Shown: positions 51,217 through 53,739 of the stretch, one piece after another | Layout: the number at the start of each line of letters is the position of its first letter | Numbering within the stretch: the first letter of the stretch is position 1 | Assembly (NCBI GenBank): GCA_004431415.1 | Contig: QPMI01000299.1 | Location: forward strand, 1-53,739 | Length of the DNA stretch: 53,739 bases | Source: Cyanophora paradoxa CCMP329 | Taxonomy: Eukaryota; Plantae; Glaucophyta | Direction: 5' to 3' | Made by a program: the position numbers and the translations under genes | The notes under the pieces: generated by a model | Databases searched by the model: none | What the model was told of the DNA's origin: nothing | What the model saw: only the letters and a program-made list of their open reading frames with translations

Positions 51217-53349
51217 CTAGTACTCGCCGCGGGCCTTCCTGCCGGCGGTCGCCGCGAACCTGCCGAAGCGGCGCCGGATGCCGCGCTTGACCTTGGACCG
51301 GTCTGCCGTGCTCCTCGCGCCAGCGGCGCCGGCCCGCCACTTGTCCGATGCTGTCCGGCCCGCCGGTGCCGGCGCGGCGGCTCTGCTCCTCGTGGCGGGG
51401 GCGCGCGCCGCTGGCCGGGCCGAGGAGGGGCCGGAGCGGGCGCGGGCCTTGAGGCGGGGGCTGGGGCGGGGCGGGGGCGGGGATGCGGGGCGGGGCGGGA
51501 GGCGAGGGCGCGGGCGTTGGAGGAGGAGGCGTCGAGGGGCAGGGGGCGGCGGCGGCGGAGGGCGTCCTGGAGGAGGTCGGCGAGGGGCCCGTCGCGCGGC
51601 GCCACGAGGTTCGTGACGACCCCGGGGCGCCCCGCCCGGGCGGTGCGGCCGGCCCGGTGCAGGTAGTCCACGGCCGTGCGCGGGAAGTCGAAGTTCACGA
51701 CGTGCCCCACGCTCGTCGTGTCCAGGCCCCGCGCCGCGATGTCCGTGCACACCTGCCGCACCCCGGCGTCGGCCCCCTGCCAGCCGGCCCCGCCCCGGCG
51801 CTCGCACCAGCACGCTCGCCTCCCCCGACGTGAACTTGGCCCACTCCTCCGCCCGGAGCTGCCGCGGGGCGTGGGCGGCGGCGCGGGGGGCGGGGAGGGC
51901 GGGGCGGGGCGGTGCACCCGCGGGGGGATGCCGCCGTGGAGGGAGGCGGGGGCGGGAACGCCGGACTCGGCGAGGAAGTGGGCGGTGGCGCGGCACGAGT
52001 CGATCGTGTTGCAGAAGACCAGCGTCCCCTGCCCCGCCCGGCTCCGCACCACCCGCAGCAGCTCCTCTGCGCCGCGCCGCGTCGGTCGCGCCCCACGCGG
52101 CGGCCCGCCGGGGGCGCGCACGCTGCTTCTGGAGGGCGGGGATGCGGAGGAAGTGGTGCTGGCCCTTGGGCGGCAGCTGGTGCGCGTCGGGGGCGGTGAT
52201 GCGCTGGGCGCCCTGCGGGGCGCTCGGGCGGGGCGGGGGCCGGAGGCCAGGGGCGGGGCGGGCGCACGGGAAAGTGCTTATCGCAGAGGCGGGAGACGGG
52301 CCCCGTGACGGATGCGCTGGCGAGGATGACCTGCACGCTGCGGCCCTTCTCCTCGACGTTCCGCTGCGCCCGCCTCGCCGGCCTCGGCCTCGGCGCGGGG
52401 CGGGGCGGGGCGGGCGGGGCGGGGCGGACGCGGATGGGGACGAGGAGGGCCTCGAGGTCGGGGAGGAAGGTGGGATCCACCATCGTGTCCGCCTCGTCGA
52501 TCACCAGGTACCGCACCCGCGTGAAGAAGACGTTCCCTGCGCCGCGGGTTGGCCCCGCCGGCCGGCGGCCGCGCGCCCCGCCCCCCGCACCGCGCTCCCG
52601 GTGCTTGAGCAGGCGCCCGGGCGTGGCGACGACGAGGTCCACACCGCGCTCCATCGTCTTCCGCTGCTCCGACTGCTTCTTGTGGCCCACGACCGCCAGC
52701 GAGCTGAACTTGGCGTGGTGCGCGAGCTGCTTCCCCACCGACAGGACCTGCAGCGCGAGCTCCCGATTCGGCACCAGAACGAGCGCCCGCGGCCGCATCT
52801 CCGTCGTCTTTCCCTCCTCCACTTCCTCCTCCTCCTTCAAGTTGTGGACGACGGGCAGCAGGAAAGCGAGGGTCTTGCCGGTTCCTGAGCGCGCATTTCC
52901 GCTCGATCTGGCGACGCGCTGACGTCGCCCGCCGCGCACCCGTCGGGGCCGTAATCAGGACGTCGGTGCGCCGCTTAATCGGCGGGATCGCCAGCTCTTG
53001 GATTGGAGTCGGCGAGTGAATCCCCATTCCTTGTAGTGCCGTTTGCAGTGATGGCACCAACGTCCGGAAGACGCCCTGCGGCGCCTCGGCGCTCGTGGAG
53101 GAAGGCCGAAGCAGCACCAGCGCTGGCGCTGGCGCGAGGCCACGCCGAGCGCAGTTCGCGGCCTGCGATCAGAGTCCGCGTCACTGCCGGACGCATAGCG
53201 TGTGCATGGCGCGCACCAGTGGCCAGCGAAGAGCGCCACGGTACATTTTTTGTGCTGCCAGCGGGGTACACAGGCTTTGACTGGGGCCGCGTCTTGGCTT
53301 CGTGTCTGGACTCGATTCTACTCTCCTCGATTGGTTGCTTATCTTGCAT
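51217..53349 (-). CDS. DEAD-box RNA helicase, RH39/DDX28-like organellar type (5' end uncertain, may extend further)
   Basis: Q motif PTPIQ, APT|[31 protein letters not shown] (motif III), [14 protein letters not shown] and [19 protein letters not shown] resembles plant RH39. Confidence 0.9.
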
Positions 53350-53739
53350 GAACTGAGAAGGCGCCGGGGAGGAAGCCTAACAGCGAGAGCTTCCTCCATT
53401 CCTCCTCCAGCTGGCAGCTGGTCCTCCAGAGCGATGCCGCCGATTGACAGATTAAGTCATGGTCTCATGGTGAGTCGTTTCTGAGCCCGAGGCGCCCGTT
53501 GCGTTGATTTTGACAGCGCTCGCTGCAGGAATATAGCAGCGCGAGGGCCACCGTCGCGTCGCCCTACACGCCGCGCATGAAGCCTCGGCCGCCGACGACG
53601 CCCCGCACCGGCGCCAGCGGGCGCAACGCCGCATCTCCGCGCAGTCCGAAGGGCGATCTCCGAATCAACAACTTCACCGCGAGCCCGGACGCTACGCAAG
53701 GCCCAGCAACGCCGAAGACGGCGGATGGGGCGCAGAGAG

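Overview
Gene-dense, very GC-rich eukaryotic nuclear DNA with many short spliceosomal introns (frequent GC-AG donors, CCCCG/GGGGC-filled interiors). It is probably from a glaucophyte alga such as Cyanophora. This is an inference from two MAF-type plastid transit peptides and a plastid-targeted, cyanobacterial-type VanY D,D-carboxypeptidase, which implies a peptidoglycan-walled plastid. About 17 host genes can be spliced by hand: an RCC1-repeat NPF/DPF protein, two divergent Val/Pro-rich paralogs, CWC21, a FAM161-like protein, EAPP, TRM10, a plastid Hsp70-C-terminal-like protein, enolase, an EF-hand protein, PP2A B56, an F-box protein, ARB2/FAM172, VanY, an RH39-like DEAD-box helicase and a few unknowns. 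The most striking content is two related Ginger2/Tdd-like TIR DNA transposons (5689-8980 and 27306-32012). Each has a retroviral-type integrase gene with a shared, unrecognised Cys/His N-terminal domain, a convergent spliced cargo gene and element-specific hexamer arrays. The two integrase genes are complementary. Element 2 ends at an orphan phase-1 donor just before the catalytic Glu (...PYHPWHQG|), and element 1 resumes at an orphan phase-1 acceptor exactly there (|GSVERANR...). Both elements sit 22-29 bp from a GGGGTAC motif that recurs in nearly all host promoter regions. All gene models were made by eye, with no database searches.
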